Assembly (NCBI RefSeq): GCF_030246845.1 | Contig: NZ_CP126889.1 | Location: 2,586,995 to 2,650,994, forward strand | DNA length: 64,000 nucleotides | Direction of reading: 5' to 3' | Origin: Enhydrobacter sp. | GTDB lineage: Bacteria > Pseudomonadota > Alphaproteobacteria > Reyranellales > Reyranellaceae | Shown here: positions 1 through 9,107 of the stretch, piece after piece | How positions within the stretch are numbered: the stretch's first letter is position 1 | Layout: the number at the start of each line of letters is the position of its first letter | Position numbers and translations under genes: made by a program | The notes under the pieces: model-generated | Seen by the model: only the letters and a program-made list of their open reading frames with translations | Databases searched by the model: none | What the model was told of the DNA's origin: nothing

Positions 1-227
1 AGGCCGATCCGCCAGGACAGGAGTTCGGGATAGCGCTGGGGCGTGAGCCGCTCGGGTGTGAGGCCGACAGCATGCAATGTCGCCCAGAAGGCATTGCCGG
101 GATTGGCGTAGTAGGCGCGGGCGGCGTAGGAGGCCGGGCTGGGGGCGGTGCCGCAGAACACGAGATCGAGCCCCGGCGCCAGCAGGTCTGGTACGAGATG
201 CCCTTCATCGTTCGCTGCTTGTCTCAT
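1..227 (-). CDS. mug: Mismatch-specific uracil-DNA glycosylase (Mug/TDG family); only the N-terminal part is in the window
   Basis: Not in the ORF track. Manual translation from ATG 227 gives MRQAANDEGHLVPDLLAPGLDLVFCGTAPSPASYAARAYYANPGNAFW, matching the Mug N-terminal pattern (PD.L..GL..VFCG..P, Y.NPGN.FW). Confidence 0.85.
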   Translation of the reverse strand, partial: MRQAANDEGHLVPDLLAPGLDLVFCGTAPSPASYAARAYYANPGNAFWATLHAVGLTPERLTPQRYPELLSWRIG

Positions 228-234
228 CTTGAGG

Positions 235-570
235 TCAAAGGTTGAGCAACGGAGCAAGACGCGCATCGATTTCGTCGAGCACGCCTTGTGGCGCCTGTCC
301 GACGACTTCCATCTTTCGCGCCTCTCGATCGATGCTTCGAACATGATCGACAAGAACAACGCCGCCAATCGCCAGGCCCGGCGGCAGCTTGACCTCCATT
401 GGCCAGCCCCGTTCGCGGCTGGTGATTGGACAGACAATCGCCAGCCGGGAGCGCTGATGATAGCGCAGCGGCGTCAATACGATACCAGGACGTCGGCCGG
501 CTTGTTCGCTTCCGGCTTGCGGCGAGAACTCGAGCCAAATGAGGCTGCCGCGATCGGGCAGTGCCATCAA
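235..570 (-). CDS. mazF: MazF/PemK-family endoribonuclease toxin
   Basis: RG..IWLEFSPQAGSEQAGRRPGIVLT and VCPITS motifs; start overlaps the antitoxin stop codon. Confidence 0.92.
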   Translation of the reverse strand: MMALPDRGSLIWLEFSPQAGSEQAGRRPGIVLTPLRYHQRSRLAIVCPITSRERGWPMEVKLPPGLAIGGVVLVDHVRSIDREARKMEVVGQAPQGVLDEIDARLAPLLNL

Positions 571-812
571 AGGAGTTCCGAACCCGCAGGTCGGTCGTCT
601 TCCAACGGATGCTCGCGACCGGGCGTCATGTCAGCCAGCAGTTCGTCCAGCGTGAAACGGCGCCGCGAGCGCGTCACGATGATACGTCCATCGTCGGACG
701 CTTCTATGTCGACGCGCGCACCTTCGGAGAGACCCAGCCGGGCGGCGAGATCGCGTGGCACCCGCAGCCCGAGGCTGTTGCCCCATTTTGTCAGCGTCAC
801 TTGAACCGGCAC
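567..812 (-). CDS. mazE: MazE/AbrB-fold antitoxin
   Basis: KWGNSLGLRVP AbrB motif, 81 aa, directly upstream of mazF. Confidence 0.92.
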   Translation of the reverse strand: MPVQVTLTKWGNSLGLRVPRDLAARLGLSEGARVDIEASDDGRIIVTRSRRRFTLDELLADMTPGREHPLEDDRPAGSELL

Positions 813-837
813 GGTTGCCTCGGTCAGCTGGTTTGTA

Positions 838-873
838 TATCCAAAAGATAGCCGCTTTGCAGAGATATCTCAA
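838..873 (-). promoter_or_regulatory. Sigma70-type promoter of mazEF with overlapping palindromic operators
   Basis: Minus strand TTGAGA (868-873), 17 nt, TATCTT (845-850). Palindrome GAGATATCTC (862-871) overlaps the -35; TATC-N5-GATA (838-850) overlaps the -10. Confidence 0.6.
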
Positions 874-975
874 TAACACCCCCTCGCCGGGCAGAGCGGA
901 ACTTGAGGCACGTCAGAGGAGGCCCCGATCTTGTTCGCCCGATGTCGCCGGGCAAGATGGCCGCCGGAGGAACAC

Positions 976-2133
976 ATGGACAAGATCGACTCCGCGGACG
1001 AGGCGCAGCTTCTGGCCACCATCGACCGCTGGATCGCGCGCGAGGTGGCGCCGCGCGTCAAGGAATTCGACCATGCCGACAAATGGCCGGCCGAGATCGT
1101 CGAGCAGATGAAGGAGCTCGGCCTGTTCGGCGCCACCGTCTCGCCGGACTATGGCGGGCTCGGCCTGCCGGCCACGACCTATGCCGAGATCGTGATGCGC
1201 ATCTCCGCGGTCTGGATGGCGATCACCGGCATCTTCAACTCGCATCTGATGCTGGCGCTGGCCGTGGAGAAGTTCGGCACCGAGCCGCAGAAGCGGCATT
1301 GGCTGCCCAGATTCGCGTCGGGCGAGGTCCGCGGCGGGCTGGCGCTCACCGAGCCCGATGCGGGCACCGACCTCCAGGCGATCCGCATGACGGCGCGGCG
1401 CGAGGGCGATCACTATGTGATCAACGGCACCAAGACCTGGATCAGCAACGGCATCGAGGGCTCCTGCTTCGCCCTCCTGGTGAAGACCAATCCGGAGGCC
1501 CAGCCGCGCTATTCCGGCATGAGTCTTTTCATCGCGCCCAAAGGACCGGGCTTCAAGGTCGGCCGCAAGCTCGAGAAGCTCGGCTACAAGTCGATCGATT
1601 CCGGCGAGCTCGTCTTCCAGGATTATCGCGTCCCGGCCGATCACCTGATCGGCGAGGTCGAGGGCCGCGGCTTCACCCAGGTGGCGGGCGGGCTGGAGCT
1701 CGGCCGCATCAACGTGGCCGCGCGCGGCGTCGGCATTGCCGAGGGCGCGCTCGGGCTGGCGACGAGCTACGCGCAGATCCGCAAGACCTTCGGCAAGCCG
1801 ATCGCCGAGCACCAGGCGATCGCGCTCAAGCTCGGCGAGATGGCGACGCGCGCGCGGGCGGCGCGGCTGCTCACCCTCGATGCCGCGCGAGCCTTCGACC
1901 GCGGCGAGCGCTGCGACATGGAGGCGGGCATGGCGAAATACTTCGCCTCGGAGGCGGCGCTGGAGAACAGCACCGAATCGATGCGCATCCACGGCGCCTA
2001 TGGCTATTCCAAGGAGTACGACATCGAGCGGCTCTATCGCGATGCGCCGCTCACCTGCATCGGCGAGGGCACCAACGAGATGCAGCGCCTGATCATCGCC
2101 CGCCAGTGGCTGAAGCGGAACGCCGTCGCATGA
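976..2133 (+). CDS. Acyl-CoA dehydrogenase
   Basis: ALTEPDAGTDL, NGTKTWISNG, HGAYGY and IGEGTNE motifs; start chosen at ATG 976 after a GGAGG RBS. Confidence 0.92.
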   Translation: MDKIDSADEAQLLATIDRWIAREVAPRVKEFDHADKWPAEIVEQMKELGLFGATVSPDYGGLGLPATTYAEIVMRISAVWMAITGIFNSHLMLALAVEKFGTEPQKRHWLPRFASGEVRGGLALTEPDAGTDLQAIRMTARREGDHYVINGTKTWISNGIEGSCFALLVKTNPEAQPRYSGMSLFIAPKGPGFKVGRKLEKLGYKSIDSGELVFQDYRVPADHLIGEVEGRGFTQVAGGLELGRINVAARGVGIAEGALGLATSYAQIRKTFGKPIAEHQAIALKLGEMATRARAARLLTLDAARAFDRGERCDMEAGMAKYFASEAALENSTESMRIHGAYGYSKEYDIERLYRDAPLTCIGEGTNEMQRLIIARQWLKRNAVA

Positions 2134-3269
2134 ACAAGCCGCTCGAAGGCATCCGCATTCTCACGCTGGAGCAGTTCGGCGCCGGACCTTACGGCACCAT
2201 GTTCCTGGCCGAACTCGGCGCCGAGGTCATCAAGATCGAGCCGCCCGAAGGCGATCCCAGCCGTCAGGTCGGCCCGCACCGTCTGGGGGCCGACGACAGC
2301 CAATATTTCCAGGCCTGGAATCTCGGCAAGAAGAGCGTCGCGCTCGACATCAAGTCGTCCGAGGGCCGGCGGCAGTTCGAGGCGCTGGTCAAGACCGCCG
2401 ATTGCGTGGTGAACAACCTGCGCGGCACGCAGCCCGCCAAGCTGGGGATCGACTACGCGAGCCTCGCGCCGCTCAAGCCCTCGATCGTCTGCCTGCACAT
2501 CTCGGCCTACGGCCGCACCGGCGAGCGCAAGGACTGGCCGGGCTACGATTTCCTGATGCAGGCCGAGGCCGGCCTGATGGAGTTGACCGGCGAGCCCGAC
2601 GCGCCGCCGGCCCGCGTCGGTGTGTCGTTGATCGACAGCATGAGCGGCCTCACCGGCATCGTCGGCCTGCTGAGCTGCCTGCTGCGTGCACGCGCCACCG
2701 GCCAGGGCTGCGACGTCGATACCTGTCTCTACGACGTCGCCATGCATCAGCTCACCTATCCTGGCCTGTGGTATCTCAACGAGGGCGATGTCTCGCCACG
2801 CCTGCCGCGCAGCGCGCATCTCTCGCTCGCGCCGGTCCAGACCTTTCCGACCAAGGACGGCTGGATCTACATCATGTGCATGACCCAGAAATTCTGGCTG
2901 GCGCTCTGCCAGGCGATCGGCCGGCCCGATCTTCCGGATGATCCGCGTTTCCCGGACCCCAATGCTCGCGCGCGCAGCCGCGCGGCGCTCACCGAGGCGC
3001 TCGATCCAACTTTCCGCACGCGCACGACGGACGAATGGCTGGCAAAACTCACCGGCCTCCTGCCGGCCGCCCCCGTCTATCGCCTCGACCGCGCACTCGA
3101 CAGCGCCTTCGCCCGCGCCTCGGGCATGGTCTCGTCGGTGCCGCATCCGCAAAAAGGGCGACTGCGCGTGCTCGCCAACCCCATCCGCATCGACGGCGAG
3201 CGACTGGAGCAGACGGCCTGCGCGCCGCTCGGCGCCGACAACGAGTCGCTGCTGGAAAGGTCGTCATGA
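2130..3269 (+). CDS. CaiB/BaiF (class III) CoA-transferase
   Basis: MNKPLEGIRIL, LAELGAEVIKIEP and N.GKKSVALD motifs; ATGA overlap with the dehydrogenase stop. Confidence 0.9.
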   Translation: MNKPLEGIRILTLEQFGAGPYGTMFLAELGAEVIKIEPPEGDPSRQVGPHRLGADDSQYFQAWNLGKKSVALDIKSSEGRRQFEALVKTADCVVNNLRGTQPAKLGIDYASLAPLKPSIVCLHISAYGRTGERKDWPGYDFLMQAEAGLMELTGEPDAPPARVGVSLIDSMSGLTGIVGLLSCLLRARATGQGCDVDTCLYDVAMHQLTYPGLWYLNEGDVSPRLPRSAHLSLAPVQTFPTKDGWIYIMCMTQKFWLALCQAIGRPDLPDDPRFPDPNARARSRAALTEALDPTFRTRTTDEWLAKLTGLLPAAPVYRLDRALDSAFARASGMVSSVPHPQKGRLRVLANPIRIDGERLEQTACAPLGADNESLLERSS

Positions 3270-4381
3270 AGCTCGAAGGCATCAAGGTCGTCGATCTCTC
3301 CTGGTTCCTGCCCGGACCCTATCTCACCACCGCGCTGGCCGACCACGGCGCCGAGGTGGTCAAGATCGAGCCGCCGGGCGAGGGCGATCCCGGCCGGCAT
3401 ATCCGGCCCATGGACGAGCGCAGCTCGGTCTTCTTCCGCAACATGGCGCGCGGCAAGAAGAGCGTCGTGCTCGACCTCAAGAGCGAGCAGGGACGAGTCG
3501 ATCTGTTCCGGCTCTGCTGCGAGGCCGACGTGATCGTGGAGTCCTTCCGCCCGGGCGTCGCCGCCCGTTTCGGCATCGGCTACGATGCGGTGAAGACGAA
3601 GAATCCCGGCATCGTCTATTGCTCGATCTCGGCGTTCGGCCAGCACGGCGCCTATCCCGGTCGCGCGGCCCACGATCTCGCGCTGGAGGCGATGACCGGC
3701 GTTCTGAGCCTGACGCTGGGCGATGACGGCCGGCCGGCCATTCCCGGCATACCCATCGCCGACGTGGTGAGCGGACTGCATGGCCTGAGCGGCGTGCTGA
3801 TGGCGCTGCTGCGGCGCCAGACCACCGGCAAGGGCGACTATATCGATATCTCGATGCACGAGGCGCTGATGGCCTCCTGCGCCAATGTCGTCGGCACGGC
3901 CTTCACCGAGGACAGGCAGCCCGACGTCAAACGGCAGCGCACGACCGGCGGTTCGGCCTTCTACCGCATCTACGACACTTCCGACGGCCGCCAATTGGTG
4001 CTGGCCGGCCAGGAGATGAAGTTCGTGAAGAACCTGCTGAATGCCCTCGGCAGGCCGGAGCTGGCGCCACTGTGCGAATGGCCGGGCGCGCATCAGAAGC
4101 CGGCGATGGACTTTCTCGAAACGACCTTCCGCCAGAAGCCGCTGGCGCACTGGATGGATTGGCTCGCCGGGCTCGACATCTGCTATGGCCCGGTGAACAC
4201 GCTCCCCGAAGCGATCGCCGATCCGAACCTCCTGAAGCGTGGAGCCGTGCTGACGGTGGATGACGGCCGCAAGCATTTCGCACCCGTCGTCCGCTTCAGG
4301 GACGAGCCGTCACGGCCACTCTATCGCGAGCCGTTACTGGGCGAGCATACGGAGGAGATCGTAGGCCTCCGTCGGCCATGA
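3266..4381 (+). CDS. CaiB/BaiF (class III) CoA-transferase, second paralogue
   Basis: LEGIKVVDLS, LADHGAEVVKIEPP and RGKKSVVLDLK motifs; ATGA overlap. Confidence 0.9.
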   Translation: MKLEGIKVVDLSWFLPGPYLTTALADHGAEVVKIEPPGEGDPGRHIRPMDERSSVFFRNMARGKKSVVLDLKSEQGRVDLFRLCCEADVIVESFRPGVAARFGIGYDAVKTKNPGIVYCSISAFGQHGAYPGRAAHDLALEAMTGVLSLTLGDDGRPAIPGIPIADVVSGLHGLSGVLMALLRRQTTGKGDYIDISMHEALMASCANVVGTAFTEDRQPDVKRQRTTGGSAFYRIYDTSDGRQLVLAGQEMKFVKNLLNALGRPELAPLCEWPGAHQKPAMDFLETTFRQKPLAHWMDWLAGLDICYGPVNTLPEAIADPNLLKRGAVLTVDDGRKHFAPVVRFRDEPSRPLYREPLLGEHTEEIVGLRRP

Positions 4382-4863
4382 CGATCGGCATCCTGTTCGT
4401 CTGCACCGGCAATATCTGCCGCTCGCCCATGGCGGCGGGCGTGTTCCGGGCGATGACTCGACGTGCAGGGTTGGCGGACGCCTTCCGGATCGACTCGGCT
4501 GGGACATCCATCGGCCATGTCGGGCAATCAGCATCGCGACTGGCGGTGGAGGCGGCGAAGCGGCGCGGCTACGATCTTTCGGACCATCGCGCCCGGTCGC
4601 TCCTCAGCGAGGATATCGCTCGATTCGACTATCCCCTGGCGATGGACCGCAGCCATCTCGCGGCGTTGCGCTGGATGGCGCCGCGCGAGCTGGTCGATCG
4701 GCCGCAGATGTTCCTGGCATATGCGCCCGATGCGCGCTCGCTCGACGTTCCCGACCCCTTCGGCGGTCGGGCGCGCGACTACGAGCAGGCGCTCGATTTG
4801 ATCGAAAAGGGCTGTGCCAGTCTGCTTACCCGCTTCAGGCCTTTGGTCGAAACGGCCAGGTGA
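4378..4863 (+). CDS. Low-molecular-weight protein tyrosine phosphatase
   Basis: FVCTGNICRS P-loop and DVPDPF general-acid motif. Confidence 0.9.
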   Translation: MTIGILFVCTGNICRSPMAAGVFRAMTRRAGLADAFRIDSAGTSIGHVGQSASRLAVEAAKRRGYDLSDHRARSLLSEDIARFDYPLAMDRSHLAALRWMAPRELVDRPQMFLAYAPDARSLDVPDPFGGRARDYEQALDLIEKGCASLLTRFRPLVETAR

Positions 4864-7000
4864 GGCCGAGCTCGCCCAGGCGATCGAGGACATTGAAGGT
4901 GAGGCGCGAGATGTCGTTGTCGAAGTCATCGACCGGCAGGCAACCGCAGTAGGTGATCGAGCCCACGGAAAAGATCGCGCCACCGTTGGGCTTCTCGACA
5001 TAGACCATGTCGGCGCGGACGAGTTGGTCCAGCGCCTCGCCGGAAAGGGTCGTCGCGAAGGCCAGCCGCTCCTCGTGCACGACGACATAATTCCTGGGAT
5101 CATGGCCCTCCGAAGAGGCGAGCACGACAGTGTTGGGCGGGCTGCCCAGCCCGCGATCGCAACGGTCGATCTCGAAGCCGGCCGCGCCGCCGCCGGAGAA
5201 GCCGCGCTGGCCGAACAGATCGCCCTGCACGCCCTCGAAGATCCAGGCATAACGGGCGTCATGGGAAGCGGGCGCACGGCGATAGGCTTCGCCCGTGAAG
5301 GTGCCCTGGCTCGAGAAGCCGACGCCGCACAGGAGATTGGGCGGTCGGTCCGACCGTCGCCACAGCCCGCCATAGGCGCCGTCGAGGGCGTGGTAGTACT
5401 CGCCGGGCTCGGCGGCCCAGCTCCGAATGCCGCCTTCGCCGCGCCGCACTTCGAGCGCGCCCGGCATCTTGTCCGATACGGCGACGCGCCAGTAGAAGCC
5501 GTTGCCGCCGAGATACATCAGCCGGCCGCCCGTCTCGGCGTAACGCTGCAGGGCATCGAGCGTGTGCTCCGTGTGGTACTCGGGATGCGAGCCGGTGAGC
5601 ACCACCTTGTAGGGGGCGAGGAGGGCTGCGCCCTCGCAGTCGAGATCGTGGTCGGTGACGACGTCGAAGGCGATGCCCATGCGGTCGAGCCAGCCGGTGA
5701 GATGGGTGTCGGCAGGCAGGTGACGCAGGCCCGAGCCGATGTCGTCGTTGAAATAGAGATAGTCGGGCCGCCAGGTGAGAAGGGGCCTGAGCAGCGAGGC
5801 ATAGGCGTTGCCCGAGCCGTCGCGATGGAGATTGTAGGTCGAGAGGCCGTAGTCGTCGTGGTCGTCGGGATTGTGCGGGAAGGCCTTGCAATCGGCGACG
5901 CGCTTGCGGAACGCGGCATCGAACAGGTGCCGCTGGTGGTTGCCGTAGGCCTGATAGGTGAAGGTGGCGGCGAGGTAGCAGACCTTGGCTTGCGGCCTGC
6001 CGCGCCGGGGCAGGACGAAGAAGGGAATGAGGTCGCGGTGCGGTCCGCAGGAAAGCGCCATGCCGTAGACGCCGCTCCCGAGATCGTCCGGGATCGTGAA
6101 GACGAAATCATCCTGCCAGCCGCAGTCATGCAGGTCGTCGTCGTGGAAATGGATCGCGGCGTAATGGTGAGGCGCGTGCTTCCAGTCGCGCTCCGCGCCG
6201 GTCCAGTTGGCGCCCTTCATCGCGCGTGCCGGCAGGTTCACCAGGCGGCCGTGCAGGCCGTTCGGACCGGCATCCTCGATCTCGAGCGTGTCGATGCGGC
6301 GCGAAAAATCCCAGGCGGCAACCCCCGCGATCGACGGCGCCTCGATCTTGCCGTTGAAGCAGCGGCGCGCGGGCCGATCGGTCGCCTGCTCGGCCGCAAT
6401 CAGGAGCGGCCGCGCCGCGTCGAGAGCAAGAGGCAGGCGCGCCGCCATCGTCGCTTCGCCCTCGTCGTCCACGGCGTGCGCACGCTTCAGCGGTTGCTGG
6501 CCCACGCGCAGCACGCCCGTGGTCGGATCGGCGCTGGCCCATACGCGATACCAGGCTCGGCTTCGCAAGGGCTTGCCGACGACGACCCTCGCATCGCCGA
6601 CCTCCAGCGCGATGCCGTCGGCTGTCAGCAGGAGGGAGAAGCCTGCGCCGGTCGCGGGGTCGCGGCGCGACATGACGGCCTGTGGCTGGTCGGCGGGCAA
6701 GGTCGGCCAGATCAGCGCCTCGAGCGACAGCGATGGCAGCGGGTCGAGCGAGCAGGCACCGCCGACGATGCCGTAGGAGCCAGGCCAGGCGCGCTGCTCG
6801 CGCGAGGGGAACACGTCGTCGAAGACGGCGTGGAGATTTTCGATCTTGGGGGCCGGCCCGCTCGGGTTCGGATCTCCGCGCACAATACGCACCAGGGTTG
6901 CACGATAGGGCTCCGGTCCGACGCTCGAAATCCTGAAGGCGATCTTTTCGCCGGCGCGTGCCGAGATGCGGTCGCTGTAGCCGATCAACGGAGCTGTCAC
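4835..7000 (-). CDS. N,N-dimethylformamidase large (beta) subunit family protein
   Basis: GTG at 7000 after a GGGGAG RBS. Contains TYQAY, YGLSTYNLHRDGSG, GSHPEY, GGRLMYLGGNGFYW and GFEID motifs. The track ORF extending to 8152 is partly an antisense shadow. Confidence 0.82.
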   Translation of the reverse strand: MTAPLIGYSDRISARAGEKIAFRISSVGPEPYRATLVRIVRGDPNPSGPAPKIENLHAVFDDVFPSREQRAWPGSYGIVGGACSLDPLPSLSLEALIWPTLPADQPQAVMSRRDPATGAGFSLLLTADGIALEVGDARVVVGKPLRSRAWYRVWASADPTTGVLRVGQQPLKRAHAVDDEGEATMAARLPLALDAARPLLIAAEQATDRPARRCFNGKIEAPSIAGVAAWDFSRRIDTLEIEDAGPNGLHGRLVNLPARAMKGANWTGAERDWKHAPHHYAAIHFHDDDLHDCGWQDDFVFTIPDDLGSGVYGMALSCGPHRDLIPFFVLPRRGRPQAKVCYLAATFTYQAYGNHQRHLFDAAFRKRVADCKAFPHNPDDHDDYGLSTYNLHRDGSGNAYASLLRPLLTWRPDYLYFNDDIGSGLRHLPADTHLTGWLDRMGIAFDVVTDHDLDCEGAALLAPYKVVLTGSHPEYHTEHTLDALQRYAETGGRLMYLGGNGFYWRVAVSDKMPGALEVRRGEGGIRSWAAEPGEYYHALDGAYGGLWRRSDRPPNLLCGVGFSSQGTFTGEAYRRAPASHDARYAWIFEGVQGDLFGQRGFSGGGAAGFEIDRCDRGLGSPPNTVVLASSEGHDPRNYVVVHEERLAFATTLSGEALDQLVRADMVYVEKPNGGAIFSVGSITYCGCLPVDDFDNDISRLTFNVLDRLGELGLTWPFRPKA

Positions 7001-7054
7001 GTTTGTCTCCCCCTCACCGAACGATATAGTCGCCCCAATGTTGAGAGAAATGCC

Positions 7055-8044
7055 ATGACCAAGATCGTTCGCCGCCGTGCGGTTCTCGCCGGCGCCCTCG
7101 CTGCACCCATGCTCGCCCGCCGCGGCTGGGCGAAAGCCTATCCCGACAAGCCGATCCGCATGGTCGTTCCCTTCGCGCCCGGTGGAACGACCGACATCCT
7201 GGGCCGGATCGTCGCCCAGCATCTGACGGACGCCTGGGGCGCCACCGTCGTCGTCGACAACAAGAGCGGCGCGGGCGGCAATCTCGGCGCGGACATCGTC
7301 GCCAAGGCGGCGCCTGACGGCTACACCTTGCTGCTGGGCACGGTCGGGACCGCGGTGACCAACCAGTTCCTCTACAAGAAGATGCCTTACGATACGGCGA
7401 CGGCCTTCGCGCCGGTGGCGCTGTTCGGCGAGGTCGCCAACGTTCTGGCCGTCCACAAGGACTTCGCACCCCAGATCAAGAGCGCCAAGGACTATGTCGA
7501 CTATTGCAAGGCCGAGGGGCCGGGCAAGGTGACCTTCGGCTCGCCAGCGGTGGGCGGCACCGGCCATCTCGCCATGGAATATTTCCAGGCGCTGGCGGGC
7601 TTCAAGGTCGAGCACGTCGTCTACCGCGGCAGCTCGCTGGTGTTGCAGGATCTGCTTGCCGCCGTCATCCCGAGCACCATGGACAACCTGCCGCCCTACC
7701 TGCCGCACATCCAGGCCGGCGCGCTCAGAGCCCTGGGAGTCAGCTCGCGCAAGCGCTGGTTTGCCCTGCCGGACGTGCCGACCATCGCGGAACAGGGCTT
7801 CCCCGGCTTCGATGCTGCGCCCTGGTGGTATGTGGCGGCACCGGCCAGCACGCCGAAAGAGATCGTCCGCAAGCTCTCCGACGAGATCGTCAAGGGCGGC
7901 AAGTCGGAAGCGGTGATCAAGAAGATCCGCGATGCCGGCGCTTCCGAGCTGATCGGCACCGACGAGGAGCTCGCGCAGCACATCGGGCGGGAGACCGCCA
8001 AGTGGAAGAAGGTCGTCGAGGCCGCCGGGCTGCAGCCGCAATGA
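7055..8044 (+). CDS. Bug/TctC tripartite tricarboxylate transporter substrate-binding protein
   Basis: Tat-like signal (RRRAVL), YPDKPIRMVVPFAPGGTTD, NKSGAGG and PDGYTL motifs. Confidence 0.92.
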   Translation: MTKIVRRRAVLAGALAAPMLARRGWAKAYPDKPIRMVVPFAPGGTTDILGRIVAQHLTDAWGATVVVDNKSGAGGNLGADIVAKAAPDGYTLLLGTVGTAVTNQFLYKKMPYDTATAFAPVALFGEVANVLAVHKDFAPQIKSAKDYVDYCKAEGPGKVTFGSPAVGGTGHLAMEYFQALAGFKVEHVVYRGSSLVLQDLLAAVIPSTMDNLPPYLPHIQAGALRALGVSSRKRWFALPDVPTIAEQGFPGFDAAPWWYVAAPASTPKEIVRKLSDEIVKGGKSEAVIKKIRDAGASELIGTDEELAQHIGRETAKWKKVVEAAGLQPQ

Positions 8045-9084
8045 CCCGTGAGGACCTGCGCGGGAGGGTCCAGACGGTGCTCGGGCCGATCGAGCCCGCC
8101 GCGCTCGGCCGCACGCTGATGCACGAGCATGTGCTGTGCGACATCCGTCCACCCGGCACGCGCGCCGACAACGATCTCGGGCCCGAGATCACCCTCGAGA
8201 ATGTCTGGCAGCTCAACTACGGGCACGGCGTCAAGCGGGCCGGCCGCAAGTACATGCTCGACCTCGAGGATATCGCCACGCGCGAGGTCCGCATGATGAA
8301 GCACGAGGGCGGCGAGGCCATCGTCGAGCTGACCTGCGGCGGCCTTTCGCCCGACCCCACGGGCCTGCAGCGCATCGCCGCCGGCACCGGGGTCCATCTC
8401 GTCATGGGCTGCGGCCACTACGTCAACGAGTATCAGGATCCCAGGAATCACGGCCGCACGGTGGAGGACTTCGCCGACGAGATGATCGGCCAGATCCTGG
8501 AGGGTGCCTGGGGTACCGACGTGCGCGCCGGCATGATCGGCGAGATCGGCTGCACCGCGCCCTGGACCGACACCGAGAAGCGGGTGATGCGGGCGGCCCT
8601 GATCGCCGCGGCCGAGACCGGCGCGGCGGTCAACGTCCATCCCGGCCGCGATCCCGACCAGCCGCAGGAGGTGGCCGACTTCATCGAGGCGGCCGGCCAT
8701 CCGACCGAGCGTATCGTCATCAGCCACATCGACCGCACGATCTTCGACGAGCCGCGCCTGCTGAAACTCGCCGACTTGGGCGTGACGGTGGAATTCGACC
8801 TGTTTGGCCAGGAGTCGAGCTACTACGGCCTTTCCGACATCGACATGCCCAACGATGCGACCCGGCTCCGCCTGATCCGCGCGCTGATCGCGCACGGCCA
8901 TCTCGATCGCGTCGTCATCAGCCACGACATCTGCTACCGCACCCGGCTCGCGAGCTTCGGCGGTCACGGCTATGGCCACATCTTCCGCAACGTCGTGCCG
9001 ATGATGCAGCGGCGCGGCTACAGCGAGGACGAGATCGACGCCATCCTCGTGCGCAACCCCAGGCGGCTGCTGACGTTCGTCTGA
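8041..9084 (+). CDS. Phosphotriesterase-related (PHP/PTER) amidohydrolase
   Basis: VQTVLG..LG.TLMHEH, GEIGC, HPGR, SHIDRT, EFDLFG, SHD and GGHGY.HI motifs. Confidence 0.9.
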   Translation: MTREDLRGRVQTVLGPIEPAALGRTLMHEHVLCDIRPPGTRADNDLGPEITLENVWQLNYGHGVKRAGRKYMLDLEDIATREVRMMKHEGGEAIVELTCGGLSPDPTGLQRIAAGTGVHLVMGCGHYVNEYQDPRNHGRTVEDFADEMIGQILEGAWGTDVRAGMIGEIGCTAPWTDTEKRVMRAALIAAAETGAAVNVHPGRDPDQPQEVADFIEAAGHPTERIVISHIDRTIFDEPRLLKLADLGVTVEFDLFGQESSYYGLSDIDMPNDATRLRLIRALIAHGHLDRVVISHDICYRTRLASFGGHGYGHIFRNVVPMMQRRGYSEDEIDAILVRNPRRLLTFV

Positions 9085-9097
9085 CGCACGTCAGACG
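9078..9097 (+). promoter_or_regulatory. 8-bp hairpin spanning the PTER stop codon and abutting the next RBS
   Basis: CGTCTGAC-GCAC-GTCAGACG; GGAGG at 9097-9101. Confidence 0.4.
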
Positions 9098-9107
9098 GAG
9101 GACCGCC

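Noticed and set aside
228-908. Possible integron cassette carrying mazEF
   Set aside because: No GTTRRRY/RYYYAAC attC core or long bulged palindrome at the boundaries, and no integrase.
903-3269. 788-aa ORF suggesting a fusion or frameshift into the first CoA-transferase
   Set aside because: The first ~410 aa are an off-frame shadow of the dehydrogenase. The real gene starts at ATG 2130, overlapping the upstream stop.
4814-8152. Two overlapping ORFs of over 1000 aa on opposite strands
   Set aside because: Each is a real gene (Bug or DMFase-like) plus an antisense shadow of the other, as expected with high GC3.
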